Source of the DNA: Candidatus Omnitrophota bacterium
Lineage (GTDB): Bacteria; Omnitrophota; Gorgyraeia; Aquiviventales; Aquiviventaceae
DNA length: 64,000 nt
Direction: 5' to 3'
Assembly (NCBI GenBank): GCA_016180575.1
Contig: JACPAY010000007.1
Span: 1,457 to 65,456, forward strand
Below are positions 8,936 to 17,111 of the stretch, in pieces. The number at the start of each line of letters is the position of its first letter. Position 1 is the first letter of the stretch. The position numbers and the translations under genes are program-made. Under the pieces are notes generated by a model that searched no databases, was not told where the DNA came from, and saw only the letters and a list, made by a program, of their open reading frames with translations.

Positions 8936-9595
8936 GTGCGCATCGTCCTCCTCGGCCCCCCGGGGGCGGGCAAGGGGTCGTTGGCGTCGCTCTATGACAT
9001 CCGTCTGGGGATCGCGCACCTCTCGACCGGGGAGATCTTCCGGCAGGAGATCGCGCGCCGCAGCGCCCTCGGACGCCGGGTGCGGCGCTACGTCCTGAGC
9101 GGCCGCCTGGTGCCTGATGCCCTGGTGGTCGAGGTGATGGCGGCCAGGCTTCGGCGCGCGCGGGCTGCGGGGTTCGTCCTGGACGGCTTCCCCCGGACCG
9201 CGGGACAGGCGCAGGGGCTGGACCGGGTCCTCGCGCGGCAGTGGCGGCGGCTCGACGCGGCCGTCTATCTGATCTCGCCGCAGCCGCTGCTGGTCAAGCG
9301 GCTCTCCGGGCGCCGGGTGTGCAGCCGGTGCGGAGCCAACTACCACCTGCGCACCATGCGGCCCAAGCGGGCGGGCCGCTGCGACCGCTGCGGCGGGCGG
9401 CTGACGGTCCGGAAGGACGACCAGCCCCGCATGATCCGCAAGCGGCTGGCGGTGGACCGGAAGGCGGCCGCGCCGCTTGTGGCCTATTACCGGCGCCGCG
9501 GGCTGCTCCATCGGGTCAACGGGGTCGGCAACGTGGAGACGGTGTATCGCCGGACGCTGGCGCTCTTTCGCCGTCATCGCTGGCTGCCATCATGA
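8936..9595 (+). CDS. adk: adenylate kinase (Cys4 lid)
   Basis: Track ORF; GPPGAGKG P-loop; lid CSRCG…CDRCGG. Confidence 0.94.
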   Translation: MRIVLLGPPGAGKGSLASLYDIRLGIAHLSTGEIFRQEIARRSALGRRVRRYVLSGRLVPDALVVEVMAARLRRARAAGFVLDGFPRTAGQAQGLDRVLARQWRRLDAAVYLISPQPLLVKRLSGRRVCSRCGANYHLRTMRPKRAGRCDRCGGRLTVRKDDQPRMIRKRLAVDRKAAAPLVAYYRRRGLLHRVNGVGNVETVYRRTLALFRRHRWLPS

Positions 9596-9598
9596 GGC

Positions 9599-10372
9599 AT
9601 GATCGAGCTCAAAACCCCGAACGAACTTGACGCCATGCGGCGGATCGGACGGATCGTGGCGGGATTGCTTGCGCACCTGGCCGGCTTGGTGCGCCCGGGC
9701 CTGAAGACGAAGGCGCTGGACGAGGCGGCGGCGGCGTACCTCGCGCGCGCCGGGGCCCGCCCGGCCTTCCTGGGCTACCGCGGATTCCCGGCGACCATCT
9801 GCGTCTCGGTGAATGAAGAAGTGGTCCACGGGATCCCGGGGCCGCGGACGATCCGCGACGGCGACCTGGTGAGCCTCGATGTCGGCGGGATCCTCGACGG
9901 CTGGTACGGGGATGCCGCCACCACGGTGCCGGTGGGCTCGCCGTCGCCGCAGGCGCTGCGTCTGACCCGGACCGCCCGGCGGGCGCTCGAGGCGGGCATC
10001 GCTCGCGCCGTCGTCGGCAACCGGGTGTCGGACATCTCGCATGCCGTGCAGAAGGTCGTGGAGGGGGAGGGGTTCCACGTCGTCCGGGAGTTCGTGGGGC
10101 ACGGGATCGGACACGCCCTGCATGAGGATCCGCCGATCCCCAACTTCGGACCGCCGCACATCGGGCCGCGCCTGGCGGCGGGGATGTGCCTTGCGATCGA
10201 ACCGATGGTGACGGTCGGCCGCTCCGAGGTCGAGATTCTGCGCGACGGCTGGACCGCCGTGACCCGGGACCGCTCGCTCGCCGCCCATTTCGAGCACACG
10301 GTCGCGGTGACCGAGCGGGGCCCGGAGGTGCTCACCGCGACGGGGCACGATGCCGAAGGAAGACCTGATTGA
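9599..10372 (+). CDS. map: type I methionine aminopeptidase
   Basis: Track ORF; MetAP-like sequence (…[23 protein letters not shown]…[12 protein letters not shown]…FVGHGIG…HFEHTVAVT). Confidence 0.95.
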   Translation: MIELKTPNELDAMRRIGRIVAGLLAHLAGLVRPGLKTKALDEAAAAYLARAGARPAFLGYRGFPATICVSVNEEVVHGIPGPRTIRDGDLVSLDVGGILDGWYGDAATTVPVGSPSPQALRLTRTARRALEAGIARAVVGNRVSDISHAVQKVVEGEGFHVVREFVGHGIGHALHEDPPIPNFGPPHIGPRLAAGMCLAIEPMVTVGRSEVEILRDGWTAVTRDRSLAAHFEHTVAVTERGPEVLTATGHDAEGRPD

Positions 10373-10565
10373 AGTCGAAGGCACGGTCGTGGAGGCCTTG
10401 CCGAATACCTTGTTCAAGGTGGAGATCCAGGAGGGCCACCAGGTCTTGGCCCACCTGGGCGGCAAGCTGCGCAAGCACTACATCCGGATCCTCCCCGGGG
10501 ACAAGGTGAAGCTGGAGCTGTCGCCCTACGACCTCACGCGTGGGCGGATCACGTTTCGCTTTTAG
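10350..10565 (+). CDS. infA: translation initiation factor IF-1
   Basis: Track ORF, 71 aa, [23 protein letters not shown]… typical IF-1. Confidence 0.96.
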   Translation: MPKEDLIEVEGTVVEALPNTLFKVEIQEGHQVLAHLGGKLRKHYIRILPGDKVKLELSPYDLTRGRITFRF

Positions 10566-10572
10566 GGGGCAG

Positions 10573-10686
10573 ATGAAAGTCCGAGCGTCGGTCAAGCGGG
10601 TGTGCAGCAAGTGCAAGATCGTGCGGCGGCAGCGGGTCGTGCGCGTCATCTGCTCGAACCCGAAGCATAAACAACGCCAGGGATAA
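10573..10686 (+). CDS. rpmJ: 50S ribosomal protein L36
   Basis: Not in the track (37 aa). Hand translation [37 protein letters not shown] between infA and rpsM. Confidence 0.95.
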   Translation: MKVRASVKRVCSKCKIVRRQRVVRVICSNPKHKQRQG

Positions 10687-10688
10687 CG

Positions 10689-11090
10689 ATGCCGAGAATC
10701 GTCGGGGTGGATGTGCCGAAAGAGAAACGGATCGAAGTCGCGCTGACCTACCTCTTCGGGGTGGGGCGGCCCCTGTCCCGCAAGGTCCTGGCGGCCGCCC
10801 AGGTCGACCCGAACAAGCGGGCCAAGGACCTGACCGACGAGGAGGTCGGCAAGCTGACGCAGACGATCCAGGCCACGACCAAGGTGGAGGGGGACCTGCG
10901 CCGGGAAGTGTCCGGCAACATCAAGCGGCTGATCGACATCGGCTCATACCGGGGGCTGCGCCACAAGAAGGGGCTGCCGGTCCGCGGCCAACAGACCCGC
11001 ACCAACGCCCGCACCCGGAAGGGGCCGCGGCCGCGTGTGGGCGTCCGCAAGCGGACCCGGGCCGCCCCCCCGCCGGGCCGTACATCATAA
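10689..11090 (+). CDS. rpsM: 30S ribosomal protein S13
   Basis: Track ORF; [26 protein letters not shown]… typical S13. Confidence 0.96.
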   Translation: MPRIVGVDVPKEKRIEVALTYLFGVGRPLSRKVLAAAQVDPNKRAKDLTDEEVGKLTQTIQATTKVEGDLRREVSGNIKRLIDIGSYRGLRHKKGLPVRGQQTRTNARTRKGPRPRVGVRKRTRAAPPPGRTS

Positions 11091-11091
11091 C

Positions 11092-11122
11092 GGTATCAGA
11101 TACCAGGCTGGTATCTGATACC
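11092..11122 (+). promoter_or_regulatory. 13-bp perfect hairpin / tandem palindromes between rpsM and rpsK
   Basis: GGTATCAGATACC-AGGCT-GGTATCTGATACC; each arm is itself palindromic; followed by AAGGAGG and the rpsK ATG. Confidence 0.45.
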
Positions 11123-11138
11123 GAAAAGGAGGAGAGGG

Positions 11139-11651
11139 ATGCCGGAAGCACCACGCGAACCGCACGAGCAGAAGGAGCCGCCGAAACCGCCCGCGCAGGC
11201 CGGCGCAGCGGCGCCCAAGGGCGATGCCGCCCCGGCGGCTGGCAGCGGCCAGGCGCCCCCGGCCGCCAAGCCGGCCCCGAAGCCCCGCGCGAGAAAGAAG
11301 CTCCAAACCACGCAGGGCATCGCGCATATCCTGGCGACGTTCAACAACACGATCGTCACGATCACCGACCGGGCAGGGAGCACCATCTGCTGGAGCACCG
11401 CCGGCTCCAGCGGCTACCACGGCTCCCGCAAGTCCACGCCGTACGCCGCGCAGATCGCGGCCATGAACGCCGCCAAGAAGGCGCTGGAGGCCGGACTGAA
11501 GGAAGTCGAGGTGTTCGTCAAGGGGCCCGGCCAGGGGCGGGAATCGGCCATCCGCTCGCTCTCGCAGGCGGGCCTCACGATCACCGCGATCAAGGACGTC
11601 ACCCCGATCCCCCACAACGGGTGCCGGCCGCCGAAACGGAGACGCGTATGA
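11139..11651 (+). CDS. rpsK: 30S ribosomal protein S11 with ~50-aa A/P/K-rich N-terminal extension
   Basis: Track ORF; S11 core [30 protein letters not shown]…CRPPKRRRV preceded by a low-complexity extension. Confidence 0.95.
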   Translation: MPEAPREPHEQKEPPKPPAQAGAAAPKGDAAPAAGSGQAPPAAKPAPKPRARKKLQTTQGIAHILATFNNTIVTITDRAGSTICWSTAGSSGYHGSRKSTPYAAQIAAMNAAKKALEAGLKEVEVFVKGPGQGRESAIRSLSQAGLTITAIKDVTPIPHNGCRPPKRRRV

Positions 11652-11664
11652 TGAGGCAACGGTG

Positions 11665-12294
11665 ATGGCGCGGTACACGGGTCCGGCCGCCCGGCTCTGC
11701 CGGCGGGAGGGGACGCACCTCTTTCTCAAGGGCACCAAGTGCGACCGGGGCAAGTGCTCGAGCGACAAGCGCTCCTACCCGCCCGGCCAGCACGGGCAGC
11801 TGCGCGTGAAGCTCTCCGATTACGGCATCCAGCTGCGCGAGAAGCAGAAGGTCAAGCGGATGTACGGCATGCTGGAGCGCCAGTTCCGCCGCTACTTCAG
11901 CATCGCGCAGAAAGCCAAAGGCGTGACCGGCCAGCAGCTGCTCGAAATGCTGGAGCGCCGCCTGGATAACGTCTGCTACCGGCTGGGATTCGCCACCTCG
12001 CGGCGCGAAGGCCGGCAGCTGGTGGCGCACGGGGCGCTGACGGTGAACGGGCGGGCGGTCAACATCCCCTCCTACCAGGTCAAGCCTGGGGACGTCATCC
12101 AGCTCCTCCCGCAGCGGAAGGGCCAGGCCGCGCGGGTCAAGGAGAACCTGGAGCGCACCAAGACCCGGCCGGTCCCCGCCTGGCTGCAGGTGGACACGGA
12201 CGCCTTGAAAGGCGTGGTCGCTCGGACCCCGGCGCGGGATGACATCGGCGCCGCGATCCAGGAACAGCTGATCGTCGAACTCTACTCCAAATAA
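11665..12294 (+). CDS. rpsD: 30S ribosomal protein S4
   Basis: Track ORF 11662..12294; ATG 11665 gives [16 protein letters not shown]… typical S4. Confidence 0.96.
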   Translation: MARYTGPAARLCRREGTHLFLKGTKCDRGKCSSDKRSYPPGQHGQLRVKLSDYGIQLREKQKVKRMYGMLERQFRRYFSIAQKAKGVTGQQLLEMLERRLDNVCYRLGFATSRREGRQLVAHGALTVNGRAVNIPSYQVKPGDVIQLLPQRKGQAARVKENLERTKTRPVPAWLQVDTDALKGVVARTPARDDIGAAIQEQLIVELYSK

Positions 12295-12306
12295 CCGGGA
12301 GGCCTC

Positions 12307-13296
12307 ATGGGAACACTGTGGCGTGATTTTGCGATTCCCAAGCGCTTGACGTGCGATGAGGAGTCGCTCACCGACACCTACGGGAAGTTCGTCGCGGAGC
12401 CGTTTGAGCGCGGCTACGGCATGACGATCGGCAACGGCCTGCGGCGCGTGCTGCTCTCCTCGATCGAGGGCGCCGCGGTGACCTCCCTGCGGATCGACGG
12501 GGTCCTCCACGAGTTCAGCACCATCCCCGGGGTGCTGGAGGACATCACGCAGGTCGTCCTGAACGTGAAGCAGCTCGTCCTGCGCGCCCACTCCCGCCAG
12601 CCCAAGGTCCTGGTCATCGAGAAGGAGAAGAAGGGGCCGGTCACGGCCGGCGACATCAAGGGCGACGACACCATCGAGGTCGTCAACAGCGACCTGCACC
12701 TCTGCACGCTCACCAAGGCGGGGAAGTTCCGCATGGAGCTTGAGGCGAGCCGTGGGCGGGGCTACGTGCCGGCGGAGCGCCACAAGAAGGAGGGCCAGCC
12801 GATCGGCGTGATCCCGGTGGACGCGCTCTTCTCGCCGGTCACGCGCGTGAACTTCGCCGTCGAGGACACCCGCGTCGGGCAGGTGACAGACTACGACCGG
12901 CTGCTCCTGGAGATCTGGACGAACGGGGCGATGGGCCCGAAGGACGCGCTCCTGTACGCCTCCAACATCTTCCAGCGGCACCTCGACCTCTTCGTGAACT
13001 ACGGGACGCTGCCCGAGGAGCCGGAGGACGAGGAACCGCCCGCCGTCAGCGAGGAGCTCCAGGAGAAGCTCAAGACGCCGATCTCGGAGCTGGAGCTGTC
13101 GGTCCGGTCGGCCAACTGCCTGCGGGAAGCCAAGATCCACACGATCGGCGAGCTGGTGGAGAAGACGCCGCAGGAGCTGCTCAAGTACCGCAACTTCGGC
13201 AAGAAGTCGCTGGCGGAGATCGATGAGCTCCTGCATGGGATGGGGCTCCAGCTCGGAGGCCCGACGGGGCAGCCGGCCGAACCGAAAAGCGCCTGA
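12307..13296 (+). CDS. rpoA: DNA-directed RNA polymerase subunit alpha
   Basis: Track ORF; N-terminal domain ([23 protein letters not shown]) and C-terminal domain ([23 protein letters not shown]). Confidence 0.97.
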   Translation: MGTLWRDFAIPKRLTCDEESLTDTYGKFVAEPFERGYGMTIGNGLRRVLLSSIEGAAVTSLRIDGVLHEFSTIPGVLEDITQVVLNVKQLVLRAHSRQPKVLVIEKEKKGPVTAGDIKGDDTIEVVNSDLHLCTLTKAGKFRMELEASRGRGYVPAERHKKEGQPIGVIPVDALFSPVTRVNFAVEDTRVGQVTDYDRLLLEIWTNGAMGPKDALLYASNIFQRHLDLFVNYGTLPEEPEDEEPPAVSEELQEKLKTPISELELSVRSANCLREAKIHTIGELVEKTPQELLKYRNFGKKSLAEIDELLHGMGLQLGGPTGQPAEPKSA

Positions 13297-13826
13297 TGCG
13301 CCACGCCACACGGACCCAACGGCTCTCGCTGCCGAGCGAGCACCGCGCTGCGGTGCTGCATGGGCTCGTGCGGGAACTCGTCATCCACGGCCAGATCCGG
13401 ACGACGTACGCGCGGGCCAAGGAAGCGCAGCGGCTCGCCGACCGGCTGGTCACGCTGGGCAAGGCAGGGGATGTCCCCGCGAGGCGCCGGGCCTTCCGCG
13501 TCCTGCAGGACCGCGCGCTCGTGAAGCAGCTCTTCGGCGAGATTGCGCCGCGCTACGTGGACCTCTCCGGCGGCTACACCCGCGTGCTGCGGCTGTCGAT
13601 CCGCCGCGGGGACGGCGCCCAGCGGGCGCTGCTGGCCTTCAGCCGGCTTCCGGCCGGCGTCCCCGCAGCCCCGCCGGGAGCCAAGCCCGCGCAGCCGCCC
13701 CAGGCCCCCGCGGCGCCCACGCGCCAGCCGGCGCAGCCCGCAGGAGAGGCGAAGAAATCCAAAGGCCTGTTTGAGGGGCTGCGGCACATCTGGACCCGGA
13801 AGAAGAAGGGAGCCGCCGCATCGTGA
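13296..13826 (+). CDS. rplQ: 50S ribosomal protein L17 with ~60-aa A/P/Q-rich C-terminal tail
   Basis: Track ORF; [17 protein letters not shown]… L17 core, then PAGVPAAPPGAKPAQPPQAPAAPTRQPAQPAGEAKK…. Confidence 0.94.
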   Translation: MRHATRTQRLSLPSEHRAAVLHGLVRELVIHGQIRTTYARAKEAQRLADRLVTLGKAGDVPARRRAFRVLQDRALVKQLFGEIAPRYVDLSGGYTRVLRLSIRRGDGAQRALLAFSRLPAGVPAAPPGAKPAQPPQAPAAPTRQPAQPAGEAKKSKGLFEGLRHIWTRKKKGAAAS

Positions 13827-13886
13827 CCCATCAGCCTGCGCCGGTCTGCGATCCCGCCGACCGGCCTCCCCAGGTCCGCCACGACC

Positions 13887-15077
13887 ATGCCCCAGACCGC
13901 TGACCGCACCGAGGGCATCACGGGCTCACCGACCCTGGCGCTCGCCGCCAAGGCCAAGGCGCTCGCGAAGGCGGGCAAGCCGGTCCTCGATTTCACCGCC
14001 GGCGAACCGGATTTTCCCACCCCGCAGGCCGTCAAGGCCGCCGCCGTCAAGGCGATTGAGCAGAACTGTACGAAATACACGCCGGTGGCCGGCATCCCCG
14101 AGCTCCGCCAGGCGATCGCCAACGATCTCCACCGGCGATTAGGCGATCCTATCAAGTACGCTGCCGCCGAGGTGATGGTCTCCTGCGGCGCCAAGCACGC
14201 GCTCTACAACGCGCTGCAAGTCCTCTGCGATCCCGGCGATGAGGTCATCGTCCTGGCCCCGTACTGGGTCAGCTACGAACCGCTCGTGCGGCTGGCCGGT
14301 GCCGCGCCGGTGTTCGTCGAGACACGCGAGGCGGACGGGTTTCAGCCTGACCCGGCCGCGGTGAAGCGGACGATCACCTCGAAGACGAGGGCGATCATCC
14401 TCAACAGCCCGTCCAATCCGACCGGGGCGGTCATCGAGGAGTCCAGACTGAAAGCGCTGGCGGCCGCGCTGAAGGGGGCGCGCGCCGACGACAGTCTCTG
14501 CATCATCAGCGATGAGATCTACGACCAGATCGTCTTCCCGCCGGCCCGGGCTCGCTCGATCGTTCAGGTCGACCCAACCCTGATCGACCGGACCATTCTG
14601 GTCAATGGGGTCTCCAAGAGCTACAGCATGACCGGCTGGCGCATCGGCTACGCGGCCGGCCCCAAGAACGTGATTGACGCCATGATCAACCTGCAGAGCC
14701 ATTCGACGTCGAACCCGGCGTCCATCAGCCAGTACGCCGCGCTCGAGGCGATCACCGGCGACCAGCGGGAGGTCCAGCGCATGGCTGGGGAGTTTCAGCG
14801 CCGGCGGGATGCGCTGGTCGGCGGCCTCAATGAGATCCCGGGCCTCTCCTGTTTCAATCCGCAAGGCGCCTTCTATGCGTGGTGCAACATCAGCGGGCTG
14901 AAGCAGCCGGCTGACGCGATCGCCGCGCGATGGCTGGAAGACGCGTTGATCGCGACCGTGCCTGGCGAGGGGTTCGGCTCGCGCGAGCATGTCCGGTTCA
15001 GCTTTGCAACCTCGCTTCCCACCATCGAGGAAGCGCTCCAGCGGCTGGCGAAATGGGCGGGGGAGCGCCGCCGATGA
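13887..15077 (+). CDS. class I pyridoxal-phosphate aminotransferase (aspartate aminotransferase-like)
   Basis: Track ORF; SKSYSMTGWRIGY PLP-lysine motif and overall AspC/AspB-like sequence. Confidence 0.85.
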   Translation: MPQTADRTEGITGSPTLALAAKAKALAKAGKPVLDFTAGEPDFPTPQAVKAAAVKAIEQNCTKYTPVAGIPELRQAIANDLHRRLGDPIKYAAAEVMVSCGAKHALYNALQVLCDPGDEVIVLAPYWVSYEPLVRLAGAAPVFVETREADGFQPDPAAVKRTITSKTRAIILNSPSNPTGAVIEESRLKALAAALKGARADDSLCIISDEIYDQIVFPPARARSIVQVDPTLIDRTILVNGVSKSYSMTGWRIGYAAGPKNVIDAMINLQSHSTSNPASISQYAALEAITGDQREVQRMAGEFQRRRDALVGGLNEIPGLSCFNPQGAFYAWCNISGLKQPADAIAARWLEDALIATVPGEGFGSREHVRFSFATSLPTIEEALQRLAKWAGERRR

Positions 15078-16177
15078 GCCGCCGCGTGACGTTCATTCCG
15101 GGGGACGGGATCGGGCCGGAGGTGGCCTGGGCGGCCCGGCGCTGCCTCGAGGCAACCGGGGTGGCGTTCCAGTGGGACGAGCGGATCGCCGGCGAGGCGG
15201 CCATCGCGCGGTTTCAGACGCCGCTGCCGGAGGAGACGCTCCAGTCCATCCGCGATAACCGCGTGGCGATCAAGGGCCCCATCACGACCCCCATCGGCAA
15301 GGGATTCCGGTCCGTGAACGTCGCGCTGCGCAAGCAGCTGAACCTGTTCGCCTGCGTGCGGCCCTGCCGGACGTACGCGGGCGTGCGCGCGCCGGTCCCC
15401 CAGGTCGATCTCATCATCGTCCGCGAGAACACCGAAGACCTCTACGCGGGCATCGAGTTCGCCGCGGGCGAGCCCCGCACCCGCCAGCTGATCGCCCAGC
15501 TGCGGGACTGGTCCCAGCAGGCCATCCAGGAGGACGCGGCGATCAGCATCAAGCCCATCTCCGCGGCCGCGACGGAGCGCATCGTGCGGTTCGCCTGCGA
15601 GTACGCGCTCGCGCGCGGCCGGAAAAAGGTGACGGCGGTCCACAAAGCGAATATCATGAAATGCACGGACGGCCTCTTCATGGAGACCGCCCGCCGCGTG
15701 GCGGGGGCCTACGCCGGGCGCCTCGCCTTCGAGGACCGGCTGGTGGACGCCACATGCATGCAGCTCCTCCTCCGGCCCGGGGACTTCGACGTGCTCGTGC
15801 TGCCGAACCTCTACGGCGACATCCTCTCGGACCTGTGCGCCGGCCTCATCGGGGGGCTCGGCATCGCGCCGGGGGCCAACATCGGGGAGGAGGCGGCGGT
15901 GTTCGAGGCGGTCCACGGCAGCGCCCCGAAGTACGCCGGGCAGAACAAGGTGAACCCGACCGCGATGATCCTCTCCGGCGTCATGCTGCTGCGCCACATC
16001 GGGGAGCCCGAGGCGGCGGACCGGCTGGACGGGGCGGTCGCGGCGGTGCTGCGGGAGGGCCGCGACGTGACGTACGACCTGAAGCCGGACCGCAACGACC
16101 CGACCGCGGTCGGCACGAAGGAGATGGCCGCCGCGATCATCGAGCGGATGAAAACGGTCAAGGTGAGAGTCCCATGA
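15074..16177 (+). CDS. icd: isocitrate/isopropylmalate dehydrogenase family, NAD-IDH-like
   Basis: In-frame ATG 15074 overlapping the previous stop; VTFIPGDGIGPEV…, VALRKQLNLFACVRPC…, IVRENTEDLYAG blocks. Confidence 0.85.
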   Translation: MSRRVTFIPGDGIGPEVAWAARRCLEATGVAFQWDERIAGEAAIARFQTPLPEETLQSIRDNRVAIKGPITTPIGKGFRSVNVALRKQLNLFACVRPCRTYAGVRAPVPQVDLIIVRENTEDLYAGIEFAAGEPRTRQLIAQLRDWSQQAIQEDAAISIKPISAAATERIVRFACEYALARGRKKVTAVHKANIMKCTDGLFMETARRVAGAYAGRLAFEDRLVDATCMQLLLRPGDFDVLVLPNLYGDILSDLCAGLIGGLGIAPGANIGEEAAVFEAVHGSAPKYAGQNKVNPTAMILSGVMLLRHIGEPEAADRLDGAVAAVLREGRDVTYDLKPDRNDPTAVGTKEMAAAIIERMKTVKVRVP

Positions 16178-16187
16178 TAGAGCGTTT

Positions 16188-16286
16188 GGCCGCGGGTCCT
16201 GCCGCGCCGCCACCCCGCCGGCTGTCCTCGGCCTCGTCGGCCTGCGGGCAGGCGGCGGGGGCCCCGGCTCCGCGTCACCCGCGGCC
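16188..16286 (+). repeat. R3 99-nt GC-rich element (icd-lipA junction)
   Basis: Termini GGCCGCGGGT…ACCCGCGGCC; near-identical to the copies at 25220 and 56515 (reverse complement). Confidence 0.9.
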
Positions 16287-17111
16287 GTCTGCGAGAGCGC
16301 GCGCTGTCCCAACTTGCACGAGTGCTGGTCCAAGCGGCAGCTCACGTTCATGATCCTGGGCGAGCGCTGCACCCGCAGCTGCCGCTTCTGCGCGGTGGCG
16401 CACGGCCGGCCCGAGCCGGTCGAGGCGGATGAGCCCTGGCGCGTGGCGGAGGCGGTGCGGCGGCTCGGCCTCGTGCACGTCGTCATCACGTCGGTGGCGC
16501 GGGACGACCTCCGGGATGAGGGCGCCGGCCACTTCATCGAGGTCATCCGGACGGTTCGCCGCGAGAACCCAGGCGTGACGGTGGAGATTCTTATCCCGGA
16601 CTTCCACGGCCGGGAGGAGCTGGTGCAGGCGGTCGTCGGGGACGGGCGGCCCGACGTCTTCGCCCACAACGTGGAAACGGTCGAGCGGCTCTCCGGCCTC
16701 CTGCGGCCGCAGGCGGCCTACCGACGGTCGCTGCGCGTGCTCGGCCTCGCCGCCTCGCAGGGCGGGGAGTGCCTGATCAAGTCCGGCCTGATGCTGGGCC
16801 TGGGCGAAACCGCTGAGGAGATGGAACGGACCTTCGAAGACCTGCGCGCGGCCGGCGCCACCCACCTGACCATCGGGCAGTACCTCCGGCCGGACGCCGA
16901 CCACCTGCCGGTGCAGGAGTACGTCAGCCCGGAGCGGTTCGCGGAGTACGAGGCGCTCGCCTACCGCGCGGGGTTTGCGTGGGTGCGGTCCGGCCCATTC
17001 GTCCGCAGCTCCTACCACGCCGCCGAAGGCGTACACATGAGGAGTCCGGTTCCCGCTTTCCTATCGGAGAACTCTGGGAAACCGGGAACCGGACCCGGGA
17101 CTATCGCATGA
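16287..17111 (+). CDS. lipA: lipoyl synthase; initiation codon unresolved, C-terminus runs into repeat R4
   Basis: Track ORF starts at TTG 16314, but the in-frame conserved CESARCPNLHEC (CX4CX5C) begins at 16290. Radical-SAM CTRSCRFC motif present. Frame is open back to 16167 with no ATG/GTG/TTG. Confidence 0.8.
   Translation, partial: VCESARCPNLHECWSKRQLTFMILGERCTRSCRFCAVAHGRPEPVEADEPWRVAEAVRRLGLVHVVITSVARDDLRDEGAGHFIEVIRTVRRENPGVTVEILIPDFHGREELVQAVVGDGRPDVFAHNVETVERLSGLLRPQAAYRRSLRVLGLAASQGGECLIKSGLMLGLGETAEEMERTFEDLRAAGATHLTIGQYLRPDADHLPVQEYVSPERFAEYEALAYRAGFAWVRSGPFVRSSYHAAEGVHMRSPVPAFLSENSGKPGTGPGTIA
17037..17106 (+). repeat. R4 70-nt hairpin element (lipA 3' end / aminotransferase start)
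   Basis: ATGAGGAGTCCGGTTCCCGCTTTCCTATCGGAGAACTCTGGGAAACCGGGAACCGGACCCGGGACTATCG; 12-bp perfect stem GTCCGGTTCCCG/CGGGAACCGGAC. Confidence 0.9.

Noticed and set aside
16174-16290. Programmed -1 ribosomal frameshift linking ATG 16174 to the lipA frame
   Set aside because: I saw no X XXY YYZ slippery heptamer in the relevant phase. Non-canonical initiation, mutation or sequence error are simpler explanations. The issue is reported under the lipA finding.
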